In this document: in pieces, positions 1 to 11,207 of the stretch
Numbering within the stretch: the stretch's first letter is position 1
How the letters are laid out: each line of letters opens with the position of its first letter
Source of the DNA: Ascoidea asiatica JCM 7603
Taxonomy: Eukaryota > Fungi > Ascomycota
NCBI GenBank assembly: GCA_001600695.1
Contig: BCKQ01000001.1
Location: forward strand, 2,649,228 to 2,713,227
Direction: 5' to 3'
DNA: 64,000 nucleotides
Made by a program: the position numbers and the translations under genes
The notes under the pieces: generated by a model
Databases searched by the model: none
What the model was told of the DNA's origin: nothing
The model's input: only the letters and a program-made list of their open reading frames with translations

Positions 1-239
1 CCCAAGGCTGTGGATGGATATTGTCTTTCAGCGGCGGTGCAGTAGTAGCCAAGCCTGCAATCTAGAGGCTGTTTTTAGCTTGCATTTATCTAGGCACAGC
101 TTTCAGGGGAAAATTCTATTTTGAGCAGGGATCTTATAAGATTGTAGTACTTGCAGGGGTTCCTGGGCTCTGGTAAGTTTTAGAGTGAAGAACAATTTTA
201 ATGTTTATTATTACTGACAAAAGTTAGTCTAGCTCTGGG

Positions 240-507
240 TTACCCGTTTTTTATTTATCAGCTGGACGCCACACCCAAAGAAAACGTCGCTTGAAAAAAA
301 TGCGCAGCTCTGGCTTGATTCAAAAAAATCAACGGATATGAAAACCAAGCATTGGATACAGAAAATATTAACTGGACTAGGAGCTTTCAACCAGAATATG
401 TAACAAAGCGTCTCGGTTTTATCATGGAACGGGTACCTGCTGAAAACTACACAAAATAACAGAGTAATGGTCCAAAAATAGATTAGCCCAATATAAAAAC
501 CGGGTAA
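240..507. promoter_or_regulatory. Reb1-type sites (TTACCCG) upstream of PTP1
   Basis: TTACCCG 240-246 and CCGGGTAA 500-507; same motif at 32307 (PHO80 promoter), 34444 and 44749 (CSE1 promoter). Confidence 0.55.
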
Positions 508-1051
508 TATTTTTAAAGGAAAGTACAATGTAACATTAGTGTCCTGAATATTTTGGTTTTTTGCCCTGAGACAGGGTGCAAGTCCTGAGGGTCCCGAGTT
601 TTGTTCTAGAGAAAAAGAATCCGAATGAGCCAAAAAGTACTAAACTGGAGTGCATTATTGAAGAAATGAACTACTGTTTATTTCGATATGCGTGTAAAAA
701 GGTCACTCTAAAACTATTAAATGCTTGTTTATGATGATTTTAAGTAGAGGAAAAAAAAAATAAACATTTAACTAGAAAAACTTCATAAGTACCCGTACAG
801 ATTAAAATAGTTTAAATTATGGAACAAATCATGAGTTTTTTGCTTGACAAATCAACTTCTGAAAACTAGTGTAGAGTAAAACCAATTTATTGAGTGATTG
901 ATAAATCATCTAATCAATTAATCAGCAGATTAATTTTTTTTTATATAAAAGGTGTCTTTTATCTTATCTCATATTCCTTTTATATTATTAAAATATTTCA
1001 GATATTTTACTTCAAATAAAAAAAAACACCTCAATTATTTTCAAAAAGAAA

Positions 1052-3049
1052 ATGAAACGAGATTCAATAATAACTTTCGATATAAATAGTTTCCGTAAAT
1101 GTTTTTCTCTTAATTCTTCATCGTCATCTTCATCATCATCTTCATCAAATTTTTTTTCTCATTTTCTTCCAACTTCTGATTCTAATTCTAAATTAGAAAA
1201 TAAAGATAATATCAAGATTAATAAATCAATCATTAATACGGATAATAATGATGATAATAAAAATATTATTAAGGATATTATTATCAAGAATAACGATATA
1301 AAGGATAATGATGATAGGAAAGATATTACTGATAATGATAGCGATTATGATAATGATAATAACAATTCAAATAACAATATAGATGAAATTATTGAAAACT
1401 CATTCAATAATAATAAAAATCAATCTCAATTACCAAGACAAAATTCTCATAAATTTTCTTCTCCTTCAAAATTCTTAACATCAAAATCTTTCTCAAGAAA
1501 TAATTCTGAAATAAGAAGTAAATCACCAAAAAGAGGTTTATCTCCATTAAGAAGTTTATCAATTCATAAAATAAAATCTCCGATTAATTCTTCAACAATT
1601 GAAAAAAGTTTAAAATCAATTTTTAACAATAACAATAATGAGAATAATGAGATTACTGAAAATAATGAAAATAATGAAAATAATGAAATAAGTGAACCAA
1701 TACTTCCATCTTATTTAAATCAGTCAAATGAACAGTTATTATTAAAATTCGATCAAATAAAACAAGAAGAAGATGAAAGAATTCATGATGGTATAATTTT
1801 TGGTACTGAATCAAAATGGTGTTTACATCTTGCAGCCAATGGTTTTTTAGAAAATAGGAATAGATATGCAAATGTTTTACCTTGGGATAATACAAGAGTT
1901 AAACTTAATTCAATAATTAATGATTTTGATTATTCTGATTATATCAATGCATCTTATATAAATTTAAATATTTCAAGTTTTTCAAACAAATCAAAAAATT
2001 ATATTGCTACTCAAGGTCCAACAAAATTAACTTATTCTCATTTTTGGCAAATGTGTTATCATGAATCAAATCCTTTTAATAATGATCCAATTATAATTGT
2101 AATGGTGACTCCATTAATTGAAAGAGGGAAAGAAAAGTGTTTTAAATATTGGCCAGATTCAGAAAATAATGAAATTTTATTACAATCAAATAATATTTGT
2201 AAACAAGATGATATTGAAAATGAAATTGAAAACAAAGTAAATGAAGGTTTTAAATATTCTTTAAAAATTAAATACTTAGAAGAAATTAATGATGATAATG
2301 ATTTTTCACATTTAGTTATGTCAATTGAACCAATTTCAAATAAAAATACTCCTTCAGATCTATTTTTAAAAAATTATAAAAAAAAAATTGTTCATCATTT
2401 TTATTATGATAAATGGCAAGATTTTAATAAGCCTGATAATCATAAATCAATTGTTAATTTAAGTCAAATAAGTGATGAATTAATTCGTTCAAGTTCAAAT
2501 AATTCAAATCCATTATATACACATTGTGCAGCAGGAGTTGGAAGAACAGGAACTTTTATAACTTTAGATTATTTATTAAATTATTGTAAAGATTTTGTTT
2601 CAGAAAATGATGATTTAATTATTGAACAAAATAAATCTTTATCTTTTTCTTCATTATCAAATAATAATTTAAATTCCAATTCTAATTCAAATTCAAATTC
2701 AAATTTAGATACAGATACGGGTTCTCAATCTACAAATACTTCAAATTCTGATTCTAATTCAAATTCAAATTTAAACTCGAATATAAATTCCAACTCTAAT
2801 TCAAGTATAAGTTCTAAATCTTTTGATAATTCTGAAGAGAATCTTGAAAATAAAGATATTGACGTTATTGAAACAATTATTAGATCATTAAGGGAACAAA
2901 GAATGATGATGGTTCAAAGTAAATATCAATTTTTATTTATTTATGATACTGCAAAGTCTATATGGAAAGAAAGACATATTAATGATGATAAATGTAAATC
3001 CAAGAATGTTATAAGTGATTCTGACTCAGAAGAGAAAATGATCAGTTAA
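1052..3049 (+). CDS. PTP1: Classical protein tyrosine phosphatase, Ptp1-like, with long Asn/Ser-rich N-terminal extension
   Basis: NRNRYANVLPWD pTyr loop, DYINAS, YIATQGP, KCFKYWP, WQD loop (Ptp1-type W-x-D), HCAAGVGRTG P-loop, LREQRMMMVQ Q-loop. Confidence 0.85.
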   Translation: MKRDSIITFDINSFRKCFSLNSSSSSSSSSSSNFFSHFLPTSDSNSKLENKDNIKINKSIINTDNNDDNKNIIKDIIIKNNDIKDNDDRKDITDNDSDYDNDNNNSNNNIDEIIENSFNNNKNQSQLPRQNSHKFSSPSKFLTSKSFSRNNSEIRSKSPKRGLSPLRSLSIHKIKSPINSSTIEKSLKSIFNNNNNENNEITENNENNENNEISEPILPSYLNQSNEQLLLKFDQIKQEEDERIHDGIIFGTESKWCLHLAANGFLENRNRYANVLPWDNTRVKLNSIINDFDYSDYINASYINLNISSFSNKSKNYIATQGPTKLTYSHFWQMCYHESNPFNNDPIIIVMVTPLIERGKEKCFKYWPDSENNEILLQSNNICKQDDIENEIENKVNEGFKYSLKIKYLEEINDDNDFSHLVMSIEPISNKNTPSDLFLKNYKKKIVHHFYYDKWQDFNKPDNHKSIVNLSQISDELIRSSSNNSNPLYTHCAAGVGRTGTFITLDYLLNYCKDFVSENDDLIIEQNKSLSFSSLSNNNLNSNSNSNSNSNLDTDTGSQSTNTSNSDSNSNSNLNSNINSNSNSSISSKSFDNSEENLENKDIDVIETIIRSLREQRMMMVQSKYQFLFIYDTAKSIWKERHINDDKCKSKNVISDSDSEEKMIS

Positions 3050-3544
3050 TTGATCAATTCATTTAAGTTTTTTTCAAGTTCTTTTACGCTTTTTATTTTA
3101 TATTTTATGTTTTATGTTTGGTTTATTTTATTTTATTTTAGTTTATTTAATTTTTATTCAATTCAATATTCAAATAAGAATCGGTTACTTTTGATTAATT
3201 TTAATTAGTTTTAGTTATTTAAAATCAAATAATATGTATTATATATACCTTCCGAATTTTAATAATTAATAAATTTCATTTCAGATTAAGTTAATTTGTA
3301 AAGTAAATTCATATATAATATTCTTAATTTCAAAAATATGGATTAGTAATTATTATATTACTAATTTTCAAAAGAAATTAGGCAATAACGTTAATAACTT
3401 TAACGTTGAAGAACACTGAAACGGTGGTGAATTTTATTAAGCATAAATTTGAAATTGCAGTAATTGCAGTGAGCATATAAATATTGAAGAATAGTTAAGT
3501 AAAAAGAGATAATAGAAAAATTTAGTATATTAATTAAAATAAAA

Positions 3545-4105
3545 ATGTCTTCTACAGAGAAAAAACATCATGGAGATTACTCTAACTTTTCGGATAATAT
3601 TAATTCTAAAGAAGGAATATTAAAGGAAATTATTGAAAATTATAAAGCACTATCATTAGAACAAAATAATTGGGTTTGTAATTTATCAAATGCTTCATCT
3701 TTGATATGGCATGCATATCAATCAATGAATAAATTAAAATTATCTAAAGCTAATGTAAATTGGTCTGGATTTTATGTAATTGATGAAGAATATAAAGATC
3801 AATTGATTCTTGGCCCATTTCAAGGAAAAGTTGCTTGTCAAACAATTAAATTTAATAAAGGAGTGTGTGGTAAAAGTGCAACTTCAATGGAAACTCAACT
3901 AGTTAAAGATGTTTCAAAATTTGCTGGACATATAGCTTGTGATGGAGAGACAAAAAGTGAAATTGTAGTTCCAATAATAGAAGGAAATATCTTAAGAGGT
4001 GTTTTAGATATAGATTCAATTACATTAAATGGATTTGATGAAGTGGATAAAAGGTATTTGAAGGAGTTGTCTGATTTAATAGCTAACAGTTGTAAATGGG
4101 ATTAA
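3545..4105 (+). CDS. GAF-domain free methionine-R-sulfoxide reductase (fRMsr, YKL069W-like)
   Basis: NWSGFY, LILGPFQGKVACQTI, GVCG, HIACDGETKSEIVVPI motifs. Confidence 0.93.
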   Translation: MSSTEKKHHGDYSNFSDNINSKEGILKEIIENYKALSLEQNNWVCNLSNASSLIWHAYQSMNKLKLSKANVNWSGFYVIDEEYKDQLILGPFQGKVACQTIKFNKGVCGKSATSMETQLVKDVSKFAGHIACDGETKSEIVVPIIEGNILRGVLDIDSITLNGFDEVDKRYLKELSDLIANSCKWD

Positions 4106-4781
4106 AAATTCTTTTCTTCTTTCCAGTACAGTGTGAGAAGTAATAATTGGTGTTAACACAGCTGTTATACCCCTTCTATATATTCTATATTTTATTTTTT
4201 ATATGTTCTATGTTCTTTATTTGCTTCTTCTGCTTCTTCTGCTTCCTCTGCCTCGGCTTGTGTAACGAGGAACGCCACCCTTTTTTAACTGCAATTGTCA
4301 TCACCGCCGTCATCGCCATCATCTTTTTATTCTCTGATTCAATGGAACAGCAGCAGAATCGCTTCTTTGCTTCTTTGCTTCTTGTTTTGTTGATGTTTTA
4401 CTCCATTTGAAAGCCAGCACCAAAACAGCGGCGTTTGTTACGCAAAGCGATTTCTCATTTCTGTTTCAGTGTTTTAGTGGTTTAGTGATCAGTAATCATT
4501 CTCTGCTTTGAAGCTCCAATGCTTTAAATGTCTTAATTATTATTCTTTGGTGTTCTGGTGTTTTGATGTTTTGATGTTTAGCGTTTATTATTGGTATTAT
4601 TATTTTATATCCATTTTCAATTGAGTAATTGAATTGGGTATTCCATATTTTATTATCATAACTTATAATAAAAGAGAAAGTCCTTTTTATTATTACTTTT
4701 TTATTATCCTTTTTGCTAGATGAGCTTTTAATCGCATTCAAATATACTGTAATATATAATAAAAATTTATCAAAAATAATA

Positions 4782-6848
4782 ATGTCAGTTTTGGATTCTC
4801 AAAATCCAATTCAATTTCCTAAAAAAAATGATAATTTAGAATATTATTCTTCAATTGCTTTAAACTCTTTAAATTGTGAAAAATCTTTAGAAGTTCAAGA
4901 TTCAATAATAAAATGTGGTCCACTTCTAAGATTAATTGGAACTTTAGAAAAAAATTCAGTTGATTATAGAGCTTCTTTATTATTAGTTACAACAACAAAT
5001 TTACCTCCAAAAATTGAATATTCTCTTCAACAAGTTGCTGATCCAAATTCTCCTTTAATTTTAGATACTGGAAAATTCTCTTCTCATTTAATTTATAGAG
5101 CTTATGATCATTATTTTTGGAGATATGATATTTTATTATTTATGACTACTGTTGATCAAAAATGTAAATATTTTATTGACAATATTGAAAAAGTTGAATA
5201 TGAATTTTATATACCTGCAAAAGGAAAATCAATGAATATTCTTTCTTTTTCATGTAATGGGTTTTCTTTAGCAACTGATACAAAAGATTATAAAAATTCT
5301 TTATGGTTTGATGTTTTAAAAAATCATTATTCTTTAAATTATCATGTAATGATTGGTGGTGGTGATCAAATATATTGTGATGCAATCAAAAATTCTTCAA
5401 AAGTTTTTAATAATTGGTTAAATGAAAAAAATCCAATAAAAAAAAGAAAACAAAAACTTACAAAAGAAATGAGATATTCTTTTGATAAATTTTATTTTAA
5501 TCAATATCTTTTATGGTTTGGTCAAGGTTATTGGGAAGGTCCAAATGGTAAAACTCGTCAAGCTTTATTTCCAATTGCTATGGCTACAATTCCTTCTATA
5601 AATATCTTTGATGATCATGATATTATTGATGGTTATGGAACTTATAATCATAAAACTATGTCTTCAGAAGTTTTTAAAGGTCTTGGAATTCTGGCTTTTA
5701 AATATTATATGCTTTTTCAACATCATACTAATTATGATTTAGATGATTCCTTTATTCTTGATCCATGCTGGATTTCTGGTAAAATCCCTGGCCCTTATAT
5801 TGGTCAAACTTCTCATTCAGTTTTTGCTCGTCTTGGTTCAAATATAGCTTTTTTAGGTTTAGATTGTAGAACTGAAAGAACTCATTCTCAAGTTGTTTCC
5901 GATTTAACTTATGAAATTGTTTTTAAAAGATTAAATAGAGAAATCAAAAATTCAAATAATGAAATTAAACATTTATTAGTTTTATTAGGTGTTCCAATTG
6001 CTTATCCAAGATTAGTTTGGTTGGAAAAATTATTTACTTCTAAAATTTTTTATCCAATTAAAAAAATTTCTCAAATGGGTGTTGCTGCTAAAGGTTTAGT
6101 AAATGAATTTGATGGTTCTATTGAATTATTAGATGATTTAGAAGATCATTGGTGTGCTGCAAATCATAAATCTGAAAGAAATATACTTGTAGGTAAATTA
6201 CAAGATTTCGGTGCTCAAAATGGTGTTAGAATAACAATTTTATCTGGTGATGTTCATTTATGTGCTATTGGTAGATTTAATTCAAAAATACATAAACATA
6301 GTGTAAGTGAAAAAAAAATTGAAGCTAATGAACATATTTTAAAAACTCCTGAAGCTGATCCTAGATTAATATTTAATGTTATATCTTCTGCTATTGTAAA
6401 TGTTGCACCTCCTGATGCTATGGCTACTTTACTTTTTAAACGATCAAAAGTTCATCATTTCGATAAAAATACTGATGAAGATATGGTTCCAATTTTTCAA
6501 ATGGATACAGATGGTTCTCAGAGATCAAATAATGAATTTTTAAATAAACGTAATTATGCTGATATTGTTTGTTTAAAACAACATCCTGAATATAATGAAA
6601 GTATTATGAATTTTTCAACTCCTATTATAAAAAAACCAGGTAATATAAAATCTGATCTAGTTTCTTCTACAGAAGCTAATATAAATTCTCATACAATTGG
6701 TTATCCTGTTTTTCCTGATGGATTATGTGCAAGATTACATGTCGAAAATGAAAAAACTGTCCCAAATTCTGAGCTTGCTCAATATGAATTAATCATTCCT
6801 CCATTATTACAAAAAACAACATTACAAGATATAGGTATTAAATATTAA
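4782..6848 (+). CDS. PhoD-like metallophosphatase family protein (YGR266W-like)
   Basis: SCNGFS, GGGDQIYCD, FDDHDIIDGYG, LDCRTERT, DDLEDHW, LSGDVH motifs; first in-frame ATG at 4782 (ORF-track start 4713 is TTG). Confidence 0.8.
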   Translation: MSVLDSQNPIQFPKKNDNLEYYSSIALNSLNCEKSLEVQDSIIKCGPLLRLIGTLEKNSVDYRASLLLVTTTNLPPKIEYSLQQVADPNSPLILDTGKFSSHLIYRAYDHYFWRYDILLFMTTVDQKCKYFIDNIEKVEYEFYIPAKGKSMNILSFSCNGFSLATDTKDYKNSLWFDVLKNHYSLNYHVMIGGGDQIYCDAIKNSSKVFNNWLNEKNPIKKRKQKLTKEMRYSFDKFYFNQYLLWFGQGYWEGPNGKTRQALFPIAMATIPSINIFDDHDIIDGYGTYNHKTMSSEVFKGLGILAFKYYMLFQHHTNYDLDDSFILDPCWISGKIPGPYIGQTSHSVFARLGSNIAFLGLDCRTERTHSQVVSDLTYEIVFKRLNREIKNSNNEIKHLLVLLGVPIAYPRLVWLEKLFTSKIFYPIKKISQMGVAAKGLVNEFDGSIELLDDLEDHWCAANHKSERNILVGKLQDFGAQNGVRITILSGDVHLCAIGRFNSKIHKHSVSEKKIEANEHILKTPEADPRLIFNVISSAIVNVAPPDAMATLLFKRSKVHHFDKNTDEDMVPIFQMDTDGSQRSNNEFLNKRNYADIVCLKQHPEYNESIMNFSTPIIKKPGNIKSDLVSSTEANINSHTIGYPVFPDGLCARLHVENEKTVPNSELAQYELIIPPLLQKTTLQDIGIKY

Positions 6849-6890
6849 TTCCATATCAATATGACCTTTAAGATCTTCACATATTGCCTT

Positions 6891-6992
6891 TATTATTATT
6901 ATTTTTATTATTATTATTATTATAATTATTTTTATTTTCATTTTTATTGTTGTTATTGTTGTTATTGTTGTTATTGTTATTATTGTTATTAT
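6891..6992. repeat. (TAT)n/(TGT)n trinucleotide microsatellite in 3' region of PhoD-like gene
   Basis: Directly visible tattattat...tgttattgttgt run. Confidence 0.85.
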
Positions 6993-7337
6993 TTGTTTCT
7001 TTGTATTTTTAATAGCTCACTTTTCTTTTGTTTACTAACTGATTAATTATGTTCTTTATTTAAAATTTCATAGAGAGTAATAATGTACATTATGTAATAT
7101 TATAATATCAATCTTTAGAATGTAATTTAGTAGTTTATAATACTTTAAATTTGAAAACATAAAGTATGATGAATAGTTTTCTACATTTAAAAATTTTTAA
7201 AAATTCAAATAAAAATATTTAGTACAAGAATTATATTTACATGCTTTATGCTCGAGAAATTAATTTGAAATCAATTGAATTTAATAATCTAAAATTTTAA
7301 CCGATATTCAATTAAAAAACTGTTTATTGATGTTTTT

Positions 7338-8990
7338 CTAATGACTACGCGATTTTTTCTTTTTACCACTTGCTCCAATTGAAATATTTACTTTTGGAGG
7401 GGCACTAAACCCAAAACTTTTAGCTACCTTGGTTAAATCTAACTTATCAACATTATAAACTAATTTTGTCTGATGACTAGCATATGCTTGTAAATAAGAG
7501 CGAAACCCATCTTTTGCACTTTGATGTAATAAATAATTACTACTAATTAAATTTTCAAGTTCCCTCTGAACATTTGCAATTTTATTTGTAGGAAATTCAT
7601 ATTCATTTAATGGAACTTTATGCTGTTTTAGATATCTTAAAAATCCTAACTCTGAAGGTATTAGAAACATTAAAGATTTACCTTTTCCATTTGAACCTCT
7701 TGCAGTTCTTCCAACCCTATGAATATAATCAGTTGGATCATCTGGTGGGTCAAATTGAATAATCCAATCAACAGCAGGAATATCTAAACCTCTTGCAGCT
7801 ACATCCGTGCAGACCAATATACCTTTTTCAGCATTACAGAATTCAAAAAATGTATTTGTTCTTTTTTGTTGTTTTTGTTTACCATGTAAATCAAGTACTG
7901 GTAAATCAATATAATTTAATAATTCACTATAATATTTGACTGAGTTACATGATGAAACAAATACAATCACTTTTTTTTTTTGATTTCTTTTCAAAAAGGA
8001 GAATAGAAGTAAAAATCTTTTATCTGAATCACAAATAACATAACCTTGTTCTAAACCATCCGCTGTTGAATGCTGAGCTTCACTGGCAACATTGATATAA
8101 AGAGGGCCAGGCCTTAAAGAAACTCTAGCAAGATCTTCAACTTTAGTGGTTTGAGTAGCAGAAAATAGCATACTTTGTCTATTATCATTGGGTAATATTT
8201 TTATAATTTGTTTCATTTCTTCTTCAAAACCAATTTGTAAAATTCTATCAGCTTCATCAATAACTAAAGCTTTTAAATTTTTAAAGACAAAACCTCTAGT
8301 ATTTTGCAAATGATCCAAAAGTCTACCAGGGGTTGCAATAACTAAATTTACACCTTTAATAAGTTTTTCAGCTTCAGCTCTACGATTATTACCACCAATA
8401 ACAATACCAAATGTTTGTGAGTGAAATTCCATTAATTCTCTTGCAACGCCAAAAATTTGCAAAGCAAGTTCTCTTGTTGGTGAAACAACTATAACTCCAG
8501 TTCCATTTCTTGGCTTGAATTTTAGAGAATGTAGCATTTCAATTGCAGGAATTAAAAAAGCCAAAGTTTTTCCTGAACCTGTTTTTGCTGCACCCAAAAC
8601 ATCTCTTCCAGCCATAAGGGGAGGTATAGTTCGTGCTTGGACTGGTGTCATTTTAGTAAAACCCATTTTTTCTATTGCTTTTAAAGTTGATGGAGATAAC
8701 TGTAAGTCAGCAAAATTTTCTTGGACTTCAGTTGAGGGATCAGGCACCGTTAGAGGGTTCTCTTCTATTTTTTTTTCCAAATTTTCACTTGATTTTTCTT
8801 TTGTTTCTTCTATATCATTTTCAGTTATGGTTTTCTCAACCTTAGCTTCTTTTGTTTTTGAATCAGCACTTGCGGGTAGATATTTTGCTTTTAATTTTTT
8901 CTGTAACTTATCTGCTTTAGCCTTATCATCTGAAGCACTAGCTTTAACTTTTGTTATCTTTGATTTCTGTTTTTTAATATTTGCAGTCAT
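7338..8990 (-). CDS. HAS1: DEAD-box RNA helicase Has1 (ribosome biogenesis)
   Basis: [30 protein letters not shown]; Has1-typical KFKPRNGTG and [16 protein letters not shown]. Confidence 0.97.
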   Translation of the reverse strand: MTANIKKQKSKITKVKASASDDKAKADKLQKKLKAKYLPASADSKTKEAKVEKTITENDIEETKEKSSENLEKKIEENPLTVPDPSTEVQENFADLQLSPSTLKAIEKMGFTKMTPVQARTIPPLMAGRDVLGAAKTGSGKTLAFLIPAIEMLHSLKFKPRNGTGVIVVSPTRELALQIFGVARELMEFHSQTFGIVIGGNNRRAEAEKLIKGVNLVIATPGRLLDHLQNTRGFVFKNLKALVIDEADRILQIGFEEEMKQIIKILPNDNRQSMLFSATQTTKVEDLARVSLRPGPLYINVASEAQHSTADGLEQGYVICDSDKRFLLLFSFLKRNQKKKVIVFVSSCNSVKYYSELLNYIDLPVLDLHGKQKQQKRTNTFFEFCNAEKGILVCTDVAARGLDIPAVDWIIQFDPPDDPTDYIHRVGRTARGSNGKGKSLMFLIPSELGFLRYLKQHKVPLNEYEFPTNKIANVQRELENLISSNYLLHQSAKDGFRSYLQAYASHQTKLVYNVDKLDLTKVAKSFGFSAPPKVNISIGASGKKKKSRSH

Positions 8991-9590
8991 TTTTTAATGT
9001 TTTTGCTTTACTTATATAAACTAAGTTAAATATAAATATTGCTAAAAAAAATGCTTTGAAGTATATTATAAAGTTATATTTAGTTATGTTTCCAATATAT
9101 ATCCATATTTGATTCAATTTCGTAAAACAATGGTTTATTATATTTTAATATTTTCATTTGAAATTTTAAAAAAAAATTTCTTCCAAACTTTATTGTTCTC
9201 TACCGGTAGTTAAGAAGACAACCCTAAGAAGACCCACTGGGATGGGTCAATACTCCGGTTTTATTATCCGTGTTCAGGATGCCATGATTGATTTTCGGGG
9301 CCTTACAGTTTTCGGTTCTAAGAACGAGTTTTCGGGGCTTGAACAGTTTTAGAATAGTTCGGTCAATAGACTTATGGGAAAGTTACTATTTTATCTAGGA
9401 CAGCTAAGTCCTGGTAATGGAAATTAGATTCGAGCTCCTTGCCTTGAAAGTTCGCTAAAAAGTTGCGCAATAAATATACAATAATCAATAATCACATTTG
9501 AGCTGAGAACTATGGAAAAAAAAGCTGAATCAAATTGATATAAAAAAATAGCTTTATTAAAATTTAGTTACAAGTTATTATAGTGTTAAA

Positions 9591-11045
9591 ATGGATCCAT
9601 CTCTAAACAGCACAAAAAAACATACAAAGGCGCTTCGTCACAATGCTGCCACAAGAGATTTGGTATGTTCTAAAATGATATTTTACAATATCAATAAAAT
9701 CAAAATGATATCAAATGGAAAAGCTTGTAATGTTTTACTAACACATTTTTACTCGTATTTAGCAAATAGAGGTATGCTTTTTATTTTTTTCAAGTTTTAA
9801 TCATTTTTCAATTTCAAAAACTAACTGAGTGTAGTCTAATTTAATAACAGCAATAATAGCTGGAATTGGTGCTTCTGTAGCCCAAACATCTTTGACATGT
9901 AAGTATTTTCACTATTAAACGTCTGCCGGTTGTTAACTTGTTTATTTTATTGAGTTGCTCGGTTTTTTTTTCCTAGGAATCTGTTTTATTAACTTTTTGA
10001 TAACTTAAAATTGAAAACAAATTTCATTTTATTGGCATGTTTAGATCCTTTTGAGTATGTCAAAACTGTTCAGCAGTTGCATAGAAATGTGAAAAATAAT
10101 AATCCTTTAGAATTTCCTTCAAAAATGAAATACTATACCGCTGGTCTAGGTGCATTGAATTTAGGAAATGCTTTAAAAGCAAGTTCAAGATTTTTAGTAT
10201 TCAATAGTGCAAGTAAATTTATGGCAAATGAAAATGGTAAAACAACTGCACCTAGAGTTGTTATAGCTGGAATGATTACTGGATTTATAGAAAGTTTATG
10301 GGTAATTCCTTTCGAAAACATTAAAACTTTAATGATAGAAAATTCTTTAATATTGGATAGACGTGATGATTTACAAACTTTGAAAAAAGATAATAATATT
10401 AATAGTAGTAACAACAATACTATTAATAAAAAGCAAAACCATAAAATCAAAAATACTAAATTAGAATTAAAAAAAGCTTTTCAAAAACCTATAAATTTAA
10501 CTTTAGATAATGTTTTAAATTCTCAATCGCAAACTCAGAAACAAATAATCAATAAATGGGCTTTAAATCCATCAAAAATATTTTTTACTGCAGTTCAAGA
10601 ATTATATGAAACAAAAGGTTTAAGAGGTTTTACAATTGCTTCAGGAATTACTTTATTTAGACAATGTTCTAACTCTGCTGTACGTTTTGGAACTTATAAT
10701 ATGTTAAAACAATTAGTTAATCCTAATTCAAATCAAGAACTTTCTTCATATGCTTCTTTTGCTTTAGGAGTTATATCTTCTGGAGCTGTTGTTGCTGTGA
10801 CGCAACCTATTGATGTTGTTAAAACAAGATTACAGTCTAAAAATGGACTTGGAAAATTATATAAAAATTCTCTAGATTGTTGTTTTAGAATATTTGTTGA
10901 AGAAGGTGTTACCAAATTATGGAGTGGGTGGATTCCAAGACTGGTTAAAGTTAGTATAAGTGGAGGAATAACTTTTGCATTTTATCAAAATGTTGAAAAC
11001 AATATTAAAGCATTAATGAAAGAAACTCCTTTTCAACCTGAATAA
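9591..11045 (+). CDS. MRX20: Mitochondrial carrier, MRX20/YFR045W (CTP1-related); exons 9591-9662, 9763-9771, 9835-9898, 10045-11045
   Basis: Spliced product MDPSL...RDL|QIE|SNLITAIIAGIGASVAQTSLT|YPFEYVKT restores the first carrier signature; PFENIKT and QPIDVVKTR are the 2nd and 3rd signatures; frame is preserved across all three introns. Confidence 0.85.
9663..9762 (+). other. Spliceosomal intron 1 of MRX20
   Basis: GTATGT donor, TACTAAC at 9736-9742, TTTAG acceptor. Confidence 0.85.
9772..9834 (+). other. Spliceosomal intron 2 of MRX20
   Basis: GTATGC donor, AACTAAC at 9819-9825, TAG at 9832-9834 keeps the frame. Confidence 0.75.
9899..10044 (+). other. Spliceosomal intron 3 of MRX20
   Basis: GTAAGT donor, TATTAAC at 9987-9993, TTTAG acceptor; the join creates TAT (Tyr) of T-Y-P-F-E. 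Confidence 0.88.
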
Positions 11046-11207
11046 ATTCTAGCAATGAAATAAAAAAAAATAAAAAGATAAATTGTAAATAATTGGAAAA
11101 ATTTATCCAAAATTATATATTCTATATTCTACAAATTAATTTAATGTTACATTAAAGATATTTTGTATATTTTTTTTTGTTTAATTGAAGTTCATATAAT
11201 CCTTCAA

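Noticed and set aside
229-633. 134-aa minus-strand ORF
   Set aside because: TTG start, no recognisable domain, overlaps promoter motifs of PTP1
6861-7046. Tyr/Cys-rich 61-aa ORF
   Set aside because: Translation of a TAT/TGT microsatellite in a 3' UTR
8515-8997. 160-aa ORF antisense to HAS1 (likewise 28128-28646, 57123-57464, 10133-10450 and other nested ORFs)
   Set aside because: Shadow ORFs arising from the codon bias of the real gene
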